Shown: positions 40,976 to 53,918, counted from the stretch's first letter. The stretch: 64,000 nt of DNA from Octopus sinensis (GCF_006345805.1 NC_042998.1:63488001-63552000); one strand, 5' to 3'. Program-made: numbers and translations. The notes: generated by a model not told the origin, from the letters alone.

Positions 40976-41972
40976 ATATATATATATATATACACAAAAT
41001 GGTACAAATGACCAGTTGCTTTAGAACTCCGAATGTATCCTCTAAAGTAGCAAACGCACAGGACCTACTGTAAATATGCATTTTATAAGTACCCTACTAA
41101 CATTTTTTATTTTCATACATCTAGCTACATAATCGTTTCGAGAACAGTAACCGCATTTAGCCTTTACATCAGGCTTATTGTTATTGAGAACGAGAAAACC
41201 TAGCCACAAAAGGAAAGAAAAACAACGTGAAATAACAAGCCCCCAAAAAAGATTGTAACTTTGCTTCTATAACTTTCAAACTAAGGTATGTTTTACTTTA
41301 GTTTAATAATTTGACGAAAAAACTTCAACATCAAACCTACAAGAACTACAATAACGAACAATAAAATCTTCCTATCTCTTTTTTGATCGGCTCCTAATTG
41401 TCTCGTTTCACTCAGATGTTATTTAGATTATACTGTTTGAATTTCCTTTCTTTCATTATTTTCAGGTTTATCTTTATTTGATATATATTCATTATTTTCA
41501 TTTTCATTATTGGTTGTCTGGTTATTCTTCATTTCCGTTATTCATGGTAAGATAAGCCAAAAATATGAAACTACCAGTCTGTCAACGGTCGTGTAGTTTT
41601 CAATAGTGCTAATTGTAAATACTAACCAAACATAAGGTAATAAAGTTAAAACAAAGCTATTTTACACTACTAAGCATGACATATTAGTCAAGCTCAACCT
41701 TCATATGTGTATACAGGCGGTCACACGCTCACGCGCACACACAAGGTTCGATAAAAAAGATTTTCTTCCGCGTGGTAGAATGTAGTGAAAAATATAAAAA
41801 TGAGGAAAATGCGCAGGACTTTTATGTTGAACAAACTATTTACATAGCCGACCGATTTCCCTTGCACTAATCAAATTTAATAAGTTAAAGATATGTTTAA
41901 AATTTCATGGTATCATAAGAAATTTTCATACCAAGTTAGCTGGAGGAAGGATATTTTGTAAATCGATAAGGA

Positions 41973-42037
<65 letters not shown>

Positions 42038-43083
42038 AGAAATCAATGAGTTTTATTATTGGAAGCAGGGCAAGTAGTTTCCCCAATTTTTGTTTACATT
42101 TGTTATATTTTGATTAAAATATAAAAAAAAAAATATGAATTAAAACATGTACATAGCCCCTAATTGTTTATATATTCATGATTCTCATTTTACGGGCATA
42201 TAAGAAAGAACTGAAAAAAGATAGTAATAATTGATATAAAACAAAAAGTAATTGTTTTGAAGGATGAATTTTAATGCTTCAGTTATAAATTCCTTGTTGA
42301 TGCGGTCTAATTTTCCAATTAGAATTTGATTGCTTCTATTCTATAGTTCGCAATTTCGAAGAGTTCCATGATTGTCTTTACATTGGTTTTTGGGGGGAGT
42401 GGGTTTACCATATCTAGATCGTCTCGAATGAAGCTTTTGATATATTTCAGTTGGATGTCAAGAAAGTTGCTTATATAGTAGGTTTCATATGACAGGCCAG
42501 CTATAAATGGTGATTGGACATTAACACATATGTCTAATGATTATATGCAGGCTACGTTAAGGTGTAAGAAGAAAGTTAATTTTAAGCAATCCGTAGTAAA
42601 TATTTAAAAAATACAAGTTTCAAGGATAATAGTGGTGTGTTGAGACGGACGGCTGTGGATTTTTTCGTATCTAAGAACGATAAATTGAAAAAAGTTCGAT
42701 TTATTTTCTACAGTAGGTGACCAGGTTTGCCGGGTGTGCGAATAATACAAGTGCTACGGAATGGAGTAGATAAGACACAGGTTACATATGTTTCATAGCG
42801 AGCGGAACCTCAGAAGTGGTAAATATCCAAGTGAGGTGTATAACACTAGCTGCTCTTCAGGTCAAGGATATCGTGGTTAGATATATAAATTCCCAAAGAA
42901 TTTCCTTCAGGAAAAATATGGATTAAAATACTTCAGGAAAAATATGGATTAAAATACTTCATAACAAAGTTTCCCTCCAAATTGAATGGCAGAAGATATT
43001 TCTATAATAATTTGTAGTAGATGAAGGAACAATTTTGTAAAGTAAATTGTATTAAACATACACACACCACACACACACACACA

Positions 43084-43139
<56 letters not shown>

Positions 43140-43252
43140 ACTATACTCATATGTACATTTACATAAATAAAAACAATCTCACATCCAGATTTTCCAACCC
43201 ATATCAGCACAGGAAATCAAACATTGTATGGAAAGAACTGAACAGCGGTATA

Positions 43253-43380
43253 GATGTCAACGTAATTATTTCTTCTTCCTCTCTTCCTTCTTTCTTCCCT
43301 TCTCTTTTCCGTTGACACTCATTTCAGATACACAGGCACCCACACACACACACACACACGTGCACACACACACACACACG

Positions 43381-43417
<37 letters not shown>

Positions 43418-43635
43418 ACAAGACAATGATAAATCCAGACAATTTTTTGAGAAGTGACCCCCCCTATCCTTGGAGTGACCAGCTGGGTTTGTCATTTCTA
43501 AGAGCCAAGAATCATTTAGTATTGGAAGACTGACCAGCTGCAAAGGTGTCAACACATTTTTTCTTTCTCTCCTCCTTTCTTTCCTTCTCTTTTCCATTGA
43601 CATCTCTTTCAGATACAAATGCACACACACACATG
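43253..43635 (+). repeat. Old direct duplication (~90 bp, ~290 bp apart)
   Basis: tgtcaac...CT-rich...ttcc.ttgaca.tc..ttcagataca..gcac.cacac occurs at 43253 and 43545. Confidence 0.6.
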
Positions 43636-44210
43636 CACATACACGCACTCTCTCTCCCTTTCTCCCCATTCCTCACCCTCTTGTACAATCTTATATCTCT
43701 CTCCACCCCTACACACTCAATATTACTATAAAAGAGACAAAATTCCTGACAAAGTTCAATCTAACGACTCCAGCAGAGTCGACGCAAGCGCTAATATATG
43801 ATTTATAAGAACATGTGTCATATTAATAAATATCTATAAATATAAAACCATCCAGATTTCTGAGTACCTCATTTCTTCTAATATATAATACCTGCACATC
43901 ATCTCCAAACCTTGTAATATATATATATGTTTGTTACTGGAATCTGCACTTCGGAAGTATTTAGAGAGTATCTTTATACAGAACATATGTCTGAGCAAAC
44001 AGGAATTCTTTAAAAAGTTGGATCGTGCCACATGCATACACTGCATGGATATCAGGTGGAAAAAAATTCTATGTAGAGTTTCATGGTCACTTAATATTGT
44101 CTGTGTTTGCAAATAAGTTCGTCCTAACAAGGTGCCTCAATTGAAGTCCCTAATTCAAATGAATCTAGATTACTTTTAATATATATGGATATATATATAT
44201 CTATATTCTA

Positions 44211-44263
<53 letters not shown>

Positions 44264-44322
44264 ATTTACATATATATACAAACATATACAATGCATATAT
44301 ATATATCTACATATCTATATAT

Positions 44323-45185
44323 ACGAGTGTGTACCCAAAAGAAAACGGAAGTTTGCAATATCATTTTATTCACTTGAATTCACATGTTTACACTTTTATC
44401 GCTTTCAGAGTATACTCCATTTGAATCAATGCATCGGTCCTGCTGTGTTTTCGACTATTCGAAGCAGTGCTGCAACTCTTTCGAAGTGACATCTTTTAAC
44501 GTCTCCGTCATTTGTTGCTTCGCCTCTTCCACATCTGCAAATTCCGTATTACCAGCGAAAAACAATTTCGGAACAACTTCCAGCTGTTCTTTCAGGTTAC
44601 GGCACGCATTCAGTCGTGACTACATTTGATCTTCTTTGAGCAAGCAAGTCACACATTTTGCTTCAAATCTGTCTATTCGCATTTCCTCTCTCAAGGTTCG
44701 TTGGCAGGAACTCCAAGGCACACCAGTCATATTAGCAAGTTCGCCGAATTACGGCGATTGTTCTCCAAGGTCAGGTCATCAATTTCATTGATATTTTAAT
44801 TCGTTCGGGAGGTCGGCGGTCGCCTTGAACAAGGTTTGTATCCAAGTTGTAAGTGACCATTCTTAAAGCATGGAAACCACTTATAGACTTGAATTTTGCC
44901 CATGGTAGAATCTCTGTGGGCTGTTTCAAGCATGATAACTGTTTAGACCGCTGTTTCACGGAATCACGCTGTTCCTTCCTTTCAGCCGCCGCAAAAATCG
45001 ACAAATAGAGGTGACGCAGTGCACAACGAAGACGCACCCGGCAGCGGTACAACCTAAGGAGACGATGCCGGTCGGCAGACTGATGCCTAACGCTCTCATC
45101 AAGTTGTCTCCACCGGTGGAAACCTGAACTACAACGGGCTTGTCCCAGAGAATACGTTTCCGATTACTTTTGGATACATTATCAT
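44323..45185 (-). mobile_element. Internally deleted mariner (~860 bp) with both TIRs; catalytic core lost
   Basis: N-terminal part (AMGKIQVYKWF..FKNG, ELANMTGVPWSSCQRTLRE) joined directly to the C-terminus (FADVEEAKQQMTETLKDVTSKELQHCFE...DRCIDSNGVYSE). TIRs tacgagtgtgtacccaaaag..aacggaa and ttccgattacttttggatacattatcata. Confidence 0.8.
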
Positions 45186-45762
45186 ATATACACTCACACA
45201 CACGCACACACACACACACAACACACACATACACACACACACACACACACACATACACACACAGGTAGATAGATAGATTAGATTCATATATGTATGCATA
45301 AATGCATATATTGAATTGGCACAGTGAAATAAATGAAAGTATAATGTTGTTCAGAGATGGTAATTAAAATGGAAAGAAATTTTGAAGGAGATGAGGTGAT
45401 AACTTTAATATCCAATATCGCTGAAGCATCTTACATCTTCAGATATTTTCTAACGACAATGTAAATTTGTGAAAAGACATAATTTATAAAACACACCGGA
45501 GACTAGTAACTAATCTGTATGTGTAGTCTTCCTGGTATAGTAAAGAAGGAGCATTTAAATTTTTCTGTTATTGCTGCGAAGAAGTTCAGAAAATTTGTTT
45601 TGATATTTTTCTTTTTAATTCTATGACATCTTTACGCTAGAACTCAAAATACTGTTATCATATAGCTACGCATCTATGTATGTATGTATGTATGTATGTA
45701 TGTATGTATGTATGTATGTATGTATGTATGTATGTATGTATGTATGTATGTACGTACGTATG

Positions 45763-45833
<71 letters not shown>

Positions 45834-46023
45834 ATCTATCTATCTACATCCAATGAGAGAGAGCACTTACCACGTCTATTCGCGTTCAGTCCTACTTTAC
45901 AGCATCTTCTATTATAACTACGGGTTATAATAGAAGACATGTGAATGAATTTAAAGATAAGATCTGTGTAACACTGTTTTATATATACATACACATACAC
46001 AAATATACATCCATCCAAATGTA

Positions 46024-46074
<51 letters not shown>

Positions 46075-46169
46075 ATGATGGTAACTTCCGTGGAAGATGA
46101 CGTATGAACTTTCAGATTTTGCCGAACCACCTACACAAACGATTTGTTTATAGTGATAAGATATATGGA

Positions 46170-46690
46170 AAACATCTCGCAAATTGAATCATCCAAGGGG
46201 GCTCTCACGAAACGGATTGAATGCATGACTGATCTCGATTACTGGGACCGCCTTAAAGCCTTGAAACTCTACTCTCTCCAGCGCCGCCGCGAGCGGTACA
46301 TCATTTGCACGATGTGGAGAATATACCGCCAACATTTCCAAAACGACCTGAGCATTAGTCTCAAGTTTCATCCAAGGCTGGGATCACGGGCCATATGTCC
46401 CCTGCCCAATTCAGGATTACAACTTATAGTTACTCTACGACACAGGCCCTGCTCTGTCTGACAATGTCCCAAACCTGATCAAAGAGGAATAGGATCCCAT
46501 CACTTTTAAACGGAGTCTGGACATATCTCTTCAACGAATACCAGACAAGCCACCCATACCTGGATACAACTCACTCAACAAGACATTCCTACTTGAATGC
46601 ACCATGAAAACACAAAACTTGACTTTAAAATGATTTGGATAATCCTATCAGGTGGTGCTATTAAGTTAGACCAATCTTTGGTCGAAACAT
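46170..46690 (+). mobile_element. CR1-type LINE 3' end
   Basis: IESSKGALTKRIECMTDLDYWDRLKALKLYSLQRRRERYIICTMW, then LQRIPDKPPIPGY: the conserved CR1/L2-group C-terminus. Confidence 0.85.
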
Positions 46691-46714
46691 ATCTAATTTT
46701 GTTTTTATGTGCTG

Positions 46715-46860
46715 TATCTGTCTCCATCAAATCGACGTTGTCTGAACCACGCAACAAGTGTTGAACCGGACGACGAGCAAGGTGAGATGAAATGTTTTGC
46801 TTAAGAATACAATCCCTCCCACACGTCCAGGAACTAAAAACACGATCTACCGATCGTAAG
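46715..46860 (-). mobile_element. Partial SINE-like repeat
   Basis: ccggacgacgagcaaggtgagatgaaatgttttgcttaagaatacaa followed by tRNA-head-like sequence on the minus strand. Confidence 0.4.
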
Positions 46861-47859
46861 TGAAACACTAGGCCATGCAAACTCTCACATAAATATTGTC
46901 AAATCAATATATATGACAAGAAAGGCGGTAACATGAATGGGGTTGGAAAAGGATTATACTTGGAAAAAGATCGGGCTTCAAGTTTGTTACAATGATGTAG
47001 TAATCGTGGCACACTTTCACCTGTCATAAGTCCTGTGTCCGCAGGATCATTAATTAGAATCCCCAACTATAGTTTGTTTCGTTACGTATTTTTAATTGTT
47101 TGTAGTAAGAGCACCGGATTTGCCACATCTGAAGAACTGCAGTGGTCATCGTATCGTTGACTCTGTGACTTGATGTCCTTAAATGAGTCTGACGGCTTTA
47201 TCCTGTGTCAGCATATCTCTTAACTTCTTAGATGATTGTGTGTGTGTACCAATGCATCATTAGTTTTGCATGCGTGTGTATGTATATATGATTTCCCTAT
47301 ATGTGGCCAAGGAGTTGCGCTGACTGAAAATTCTACCCATGATATTACAATATTATATGACAATGAACCACGTCGAATCTTGTACTACAAGTTGTGCAGG
47401 CGTTGGTAAGCTATCAAATATTGCAAATGAATATCGACTAGCGTATACAAAGCGATTGTCTATAAAGTTTAAATAAATAATTCCCACAAGGCAAATACAA
47501 GATATGACAGATGTCAACTTACAGTTATTTTAATTCAAATCATTTCCACCATTGCTATTACCGTCCGATTAAAATCCCAAGAATTATAAAATCTAAAATG
47601 CAACCTACTTCATCACTTTAAGTGTTCAGTACATTATTTAAATTAAGTTCTAGAATCTATTCAAATACCCATGTACTCATACTACAATAGAATAAAGAAG
47701 AGATATATAGATTTTTGATGTAAATGTATTTAAATATTTTCAAACGTCTTCAAAATTATTAAAGTGTCTCGTGAGTTAAATGTTTAGTGTTGCGAAAGAC
47801 AGACAACCGCTTCAAACACACTTTATATACAGGCAAAGAATACACAAATTATCTCTCTA

Positions 47860-47914
<55 letters not shown>

Positions 47915-48389
47915 TATATATACATGTATGTATATGTATATATATTTTTATATACATACATAAGTGAATGTAAGTATATATATGTGGGTGTGAGTGGATG
48001 TGTATGAATGTATGTATGCATGTATATACGTAGATATACAAGTATATCTTTTGTTATACACAGTTTTAAAAAGAATTGCTAATAGTATCATGCTCTTGAG
48101 ATAGAATCGTTTCGCAGATTTATAAAACATGCTATGTGTCTGCAAGCAATCTTTCATGCTAGGGGGACAGCATTAGACGTATTTAAAAACAAGGCAGCTT
48201 ATCTGTTAGAAAACACGAAAAAGATTGCGAGAGGCATTTGTTGCAAGAATTGGACAGAAAAGTAAAGGAATGTAAAACCTTTGTTTCCTTTAACGTTAGA
48301 AATTGTAATTAATATAGCTGGTGTAGAATAATATAACATAGAGGAGGCCAAAATCTGTGAGATTGATACCCAAACCAGAGAAGCCAGTA

Positions 48390-48900
48390 TCTTCCAGTTC
48401 GACAAAATAATCTTGTCCCTGTACTTGTATTTGGTAAAAATTTCGAACCTGGAATTGAGTAATGTGATGCACTTCTTGGATTTAAAACTAATCTGCAATA
48501 TTTCAGCTACTTGCATCACTTTCATCTATGTATATATAGCGTGGATTTTCCCACTATTCTCCACTTGATAATAAGTGGTGTGCTGTTGGTCATCAAATCC
48601 CATACGTGCCTAACAAACTTGGTGACATTATGTTTAGCAATGTGTCGGAAAGAAGACTGGTGGTTTGCATAACGGCTTTTAAAATTGCCTTCGCATAACC
48701 CGACATAATTTTTCTTCTCGATGACATCATTTTGGGGCACTGATGCAACTCCGAATTCATAACCTACTGATTCAGTCAAACACTCCTCGTCAAGCTTCAA
48801 GATTGAGGGTCTAGACAATTACAACAGGGAGTTGGTTCTTGTTATATATGAGTGATAATGATTTTCATTGTGGGGCAGTAGCTATATGAGATTTTTATCA
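48390..48900 (-). pseudogene. Penelope-like element GIY-YIG endonuclease / C-terminal fragment
   Basis: CNCLDPQS..CLTESVGYE..KNYVGLCEGNFKSRYANHQSSF..HVWDL..IKWRIVGKS, then LLNSRFEIFTKYKYRDKIILSNWK: Penelope GIY-YIG domain layout. Confidence 0.85.
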
Positions 48901-49343
48901 AATATTTAAAAAAGATCTATTTACATTTCTGGTGTGTTGGGAAATGCCTATTTATTAATGTCAGGAATTTTTTTACCTATGCTAGTTTGAACAGGCAAGC
49001 AATATCATTTTCCAAGGTCTAGTTTTAGGTTTCATATTTTTAATGGAAGTATTATAAGATTCCTTAACTTTGAAGCTGTTGTTACCGAGGGCATTGTTAT
49101 TGTAGAGGCTGCTTTATTTCCTTTGAAGCTTATAGTTTAGAAATCCTATTACTTATGTTGTCAATAAGTTGTTTTTTTTAAGTATAGGAAAGAGAGTGAT
49201 GAGACAGTAATTCTTTTATTCAGTTCCTGCTATGGTTTCATAGAGCGTGAGCTTAAGTCTAAGGAAATATCCAATAAAGCACAACCTTCTTCCCGTTTTT
49301 ATTCACGTTTTTCTCATGTCTTCTCATCATCGAATGTTTAACT

Positions 49344-49577
49344 AAGGCGGCGAGCTAGCAGAAACGTTAGCACGCCGGGCAAACTGCTTACCGGTATTTC
49401 GTCTGCCGCTACGTTCTGAGTTCAAATTCTGCCGACGTCGACTTTGCCTTTCATTCTTTTGGGGTCGATAAATTAAGAACCAGTTACGCACTGGGGTTGA
49501 TGTAATCGACTTAATCCCATTGTCTGCCCTTGTTTGTCCCCTTTATGTTTAGCCCCTTGTGGGTAATAAAGAAATAA
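49344..49577 (+). mobile_element. tRNA-derived SINE, family B (full length)
   Basis: aaggcggcgagctagcagaaacgttagcacgccgggc...gttctgagttcaaatt...gggtaataaagaaat. Confidence 0.92.
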
Positions 49578-49611
49578 GATACTACGAATAATGCATTATT
49601 TACATTTGACA

Positions 49612-49813
49612 GATATTTGTCCTCATTTTGTTTGTTGCTAACACAACGTTTCGGTTGATATACTCTTCAGCCTTTATCAGGTGTCTTGGGGAAATTTGAA
49701 CCTGGGTTCACATTCGTAAGATATTTTTCGATCTTTCGGGCAAATAACGTAGTGGTTAAGAGCGAGGGCTACTAACCCCAAGATTCCGAGTTCGATTCCA
49801 GGCAGTGACCTGA

Positions 49814-49849
<36 letters not shown>

Positions 49850-50000
49850 TAATAATAATATAATAACAACAACCTCGAATGAGAAACCAGTTTCGAAATT
49901 TCCCCGACATCTGATGAAGTCTGGAGGGTATATCAGCCGAAACGTTGTGTTAATAACAAACAAGTTGAGGACAAATATCCGTCAAATGTAAATAATGTAA
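49612..50000. mobile_element. tRNA-headed, hammerhead-containing small element (49738-50000, +) with an inverted copy of its 3' part (49612-49732)
   Basis: tRNA-like head with A box tagtggttaagagc and B box gagttcgattcc, then (AAT)n, then a ~125-bp tail that is the reverse complement of 49612-49732. Confidence 0.8.
49906..49951 (+). ncRNA. Minimal hammerhead ribozyme motif (Penelope-type)
   Basis: gacat-CTGATGA-a-gtctg-gagggtatat-cagcc-GAAAC-GTT/gtgtt. Intact core, stem II with one mismatch, palindromic AACGTT in place of stem III, stem I gacat:gtgtt. Confidence 0.7.
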
Positions 50001-50089
50001 ATAATATACATAATTACTCATCTCTAAAATATAGAACTGTATTACTAGGAATGATGTTTTTTCTTGCTATCCGAATTTTAAAAATATAT

Positions 50090-50460
50090 ATCTTAGTTAA
50101 AATTAAGACGCATCCCTCTAATACTGACGTAATTGTTCGGGGCTAATTCAGAATCGCACCTCTTCTTGAAAAAATGCATCTTTAAAAACATTTTTTTCGG
50201 ATTCTTACGTTTTTATATGTCGGACATTACGAATATGGAAAGAAAAAAATCACCTTTTTAAATTTCAGCTCCAGAATGACAGACATTATCACTGACAAGT
50301 TACACCAAGAACGCACAACGCACCCCCAGTTGTAATTGTCTAAATCCTGAATTTTGCTTGTTTACCTTAAAGAGTTCGGAGCGAATTGACGAGCATATGC
50401 AAAACAAAATCAAATATAGACAAACAGATTAAAGTGAAAAGAATTTGCGTTTTACTTGTG
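50090..50460 (+). mobile_element. Non-coding interspersed repeat, possibly a Helitron/Helentron-associated non-autonomous element
   Basis: Shares cagaatcgcacctc...ttcttacgtttt.a.atgtcg.a.atta with the minus strand of 53965-54385. Class is inferred only. Confidence 0.4.
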
Positions 50461-50681
50461 TTTGCCTTAAATAATTGTAAATGATAATTAAACCTCAACT
50501 AAATATATACCATGAGAAACAAACATGAATATGTTTAATTGTTAATAGTACAAAGTTTAATAAGGGGCTCAAATTTCATCCCCCCATCAATTTTAAATTT
50601 TGAACTTTTACATCCATTCATTTATTTGTCTATTTATTTGTCCCTATCTGTTTATACATATCTATCTATCTATCTATCTAT

Positions 50682-52920
50682 GCCCTCGACCAACACTTCA
50701 ACGCCAAACACGAAGGATGTGCTGTCAGAGCTAGGATGCGTGCTCTAAGGAACGAAGGTGTTGGAGCCGCGAGAGAGGCCCGGGTGGCAGAGGCGCAACA
50801 GGGCAACAAAGCCACCATTCGGTCACTGGTAGATGAACAGGGGCGCGAATTGCTCGAGCCAAGTAAAATGTGTGAGGCCTTTCAGCAGCATTTTGCCCGA
50901 CTGTTCGGAACGAGTGGAGGGCAAGAACGTAGGGTGGACTTCAGTGCCTACCTACATAGCCTACCACGACTCTCGACAAGAAAGGCAGGGTGCTGCGAAG
51001 GTGCCATCACGGCGGCGGAAGTGCGGGAAGCGATGGCAGAATGCTCGAGGGACAAATCACCGGGTTTGGATGGTCTACCTACGAGCTTTACAATTGTATG
51101 CCAGACTTGTTTGGAGATCTCTTGGCGGCGGTGTACTGCAACTGGCAGCAAAACGGGAGCATTCCTGGTTTTGTGAGCCGAGGAGCCGTAACACTGCTGA
51201 AGAAAGATCTAAAAAGGGAAATGTAATAGATAACTTTAGGCCCATCACTCTGCTTAATGCAGACTTGAAAATTTTGGCCAAGTGCTAGCCAAGAGGTTGG
51301 CGCTTGTCATCGAGAAATGGTCGACAAGGCGCAAACATGCGCCGTGCCAGGCCGGACCATCCATGACAACCTCCATCTGATGCGCTACATCATAGACAGA
51401 GTAGGGTGGTCACTCTCGCCCGGCAATGGGCCGAGAGGAAACTGTCCCTAAAAGGTCGAGCGGAGGTGGCGAACACGTACATCGCGTCCGTCATCTACTA
51501 CCGCCTGACCGTCGTACCCTGTCCCGACCCTACCATCACCAAACTACAACGCATCCTCTTTCGCTTCTTGTGGAAAGGATGCGTCCCGATGGTCAGGCGA
51601 TCCATTTGCTGTCAACACCCGTTAAAAGAGGGCTGGGCATGCCGTGGTTGATGATGCGCAGACACGCGCTAGACTGCGACATCTCTGGCTCTATGTAGAC
51701 GACGGTGAACAGGTGTGGTCGCCGTTTGTGAGGCACGCTTTCCCGCAGCTCGTCTCCATGACCGAACTGCAGTCGTGGATCAAAAAGAGGCCGGAGAAGG
51801 GCGAATGGCACCGCGAGTGTCGCGTTGCTCTCAAGCAACTCTGCCGTCCTGGGTCGACCTTAAGTGACTTCAACACAACCAAAGCATTCTATAGGGGTTT
51901 AGTGGAGGGGAGGTACGACGACGAGCTCGGGGTGAACCTGGACGTCGACGAGGAGTACCTGACCCGCCTGTTCGGGACGACTTTCGGGCCAGGGCCCATG
52001 GACAACTTCCAGAGATCCCTGGCCTGTCAGTGCTACCGAGAGCGCTACCCGTTCGGGATAAGCTCTACAGACACGGCTCGAGAAACACGGGGCCGACCTG
52101 CCCGAGATGCGGTCAGAGCGACGAAACCGTTCTGCACGCACTCGTTCAGTGTCCAACAATTTCCGACCTGTGGGCTTATGTCGAACAACTGCTGTCACGT
52201 GTGGGACGAGTCGGTTTATCAGCTGAGTCTTATCGTCAATATTGTCACGCCTCCTTCCTTCAACGGGAAGGAAGACTATTTTCATCATCCTTGTGGCTAT
52301 GGCGAAAGAATGTATCTGGTGGACGCGTCTGAAAGGATTGGAGACAAACACTTTCCTCTCTGTTCAATCTCTCATCAACTTCTTCAAGTACCACTTGAAA
52401 AGGAAGTGAGAGTAGAGAGGCAAGTTTTGTCTAGCGAATGTTTTAAAAAAAGATGGGTGAATGTAGCAATAATGGCACGTATGAATGACGAAGCCACCTT
52501 GAGCATAGTCCTATGAACCCAGAAATCGAAAACAGAGAGTTGCTTATTTGCAAAAAAAAAAAAAAAAAAAAAGAAATATAAAATGTGACTTCATTGACCG
52601 AGGTTACCGTGGTCTTTTCCGTAGGCTTTTCTTTCCACGGGTAAACCTCACCTGTCCTCCCCTTTACACTTCATATTGACATTTCTGTGATAACGATCTC
52701 TATTGATCAATTTTTTTTTCCTCTCCCCCTCTTTTTTTTTTTTTTTTTTTTAAACCCCCCCCCTTTTTTTTGTCCTCTTTCTCTCCTTTTACGATCCCTT
52801 TTGATCGAAACTCCCCCTTCCTTTTTTTTTTTTTTTTTTTTTTTAAACCTTCAAAAGAAAAGCTCTACCTTGTAATTTGTTCTATCTGTGTGCAGCCCTG
52901 TGTGGCTAATAAAGAAACAT
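50682..52920 (+). mobile_element. L1/Tx1-clade LINE, 5'-truncated, with an internal deletion of the RT core and an intact 3' UTR
   Basis: ORF2 linker, DKSPGLDGLP, NFRPITLLNADLKILAK, GRTIHDNLHLMRYIIDRV, then a jump to KLSLKGRAEVAN, LFRFLWKG and the zinc knuckle CPRCGQSDETVLHALVQC. Several frameshifts. 3' UTR ends aataaagaaacatatc. Confidence 0.92.
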
Positions 52921-52928
52921 ATCTATCT

Positions 52929-53740
52929 AGACACGGCTCGAGAAACACGGGGCCGACCTGCCCGAGATGCGGTCAAAGTGACGAAACCGTTCTGCACGCA
53001 CTCGTGCAGTGTCCAACAATTTCCGACCTGTGGGCTTATGTCGAACAACAGCTGTCACGCGTGGGACGAGTCGGTTTATCAGCCGAATCTATCGTCAATA
53101 TTGTCTCGCCTCCTTCCTTCAAACGGGAAGGAAGAGCTATTTTCATCATCCTTGTGGCTATGGCGAAAGAATGTATCTGGTGGACGCACTAAAAGGATTG
53201 GAGACAAACAATTTCCTCTCTGTTCAATCTCTCATCAACTTCTTCATGTATCACTTGAAAAGGAAAGTGAGAGTAGAGAGGCAAATTTTGTCTAGCGAAT
53301 GTTTTAAAAAAAGATGGGTGAATGTAGCAAGGATGGCACGTATGAATGACGAAGCCACATTGAGCATAATCCTATGAACCCGGAAATTTAAAACAGAGGG
53401 TTACCTACTTGCAAACAAATGTGGTAACATGTAACAAACTTGACCGAGGTTAACGTGGTCTTTTCCGTAGGCTTTTCTTCCCACGGATAAACCTTATCTG
53501 CTTCCCCCTTTGCACCTTACATCATGAAACTGTGATACACGATCCCTATTGATGTTTTTTTTTATTCTTTTGCTTCTTTTCCTTTTTTCTTTTTTTCTTT
53601 CTTCTTTCCCTTTTACGATCCCTTTTGATCGAAAAACCTACCCCATCTTTTTACTTTTTTTCTCTCCCCCAAAAAGAAAAGCTCTACATTGAAATCCGTC
53701 CCGTCTGTGTGCAGCCCGGTGTGGCTAATAAAGAAACATA
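52929..53740 (+). mobile_element. Second, 5'-truncated tandem copy of the same L1/Tx1 element
   Basis: Highly similar to 52069-52920 (CPRCGQSDETVLHALVQC...KKRWVNVARMARMN plus 3' UTR). Ends aataaagaaacatatc + (TATC)n. Confidence 0.92.
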
Positions 53741-53758
53741 TCAATCTATCTATCTATC

Positions 53759-53844
<86 letters not shown>

Positions 53845-53885
53845 TTATTTATCTATCTACATACATACATACATACATACATACA

Positions 53886-53918
<33 letters not shown>

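Noticed and set aside
41738-41850. Mariner-TIR-like ends
   Set aside because: The two ends do not match each other and there is no coding remnant.
42904-42961. ~29-bp exact tandem duplication (cttcaggaaaaatatggattaaaata x2)
   Set aside because: Ordinary slippage duplication with no further structure.
49738-49810. Possible genuine tRNA gene (anticodon ACT)
   Set aside because: Acceptor, anticodon and T stems have mismatches, and it is followed by (AAT)n and a repeat tail rather than a T-run terminator; treated as a tRNA-derived head.
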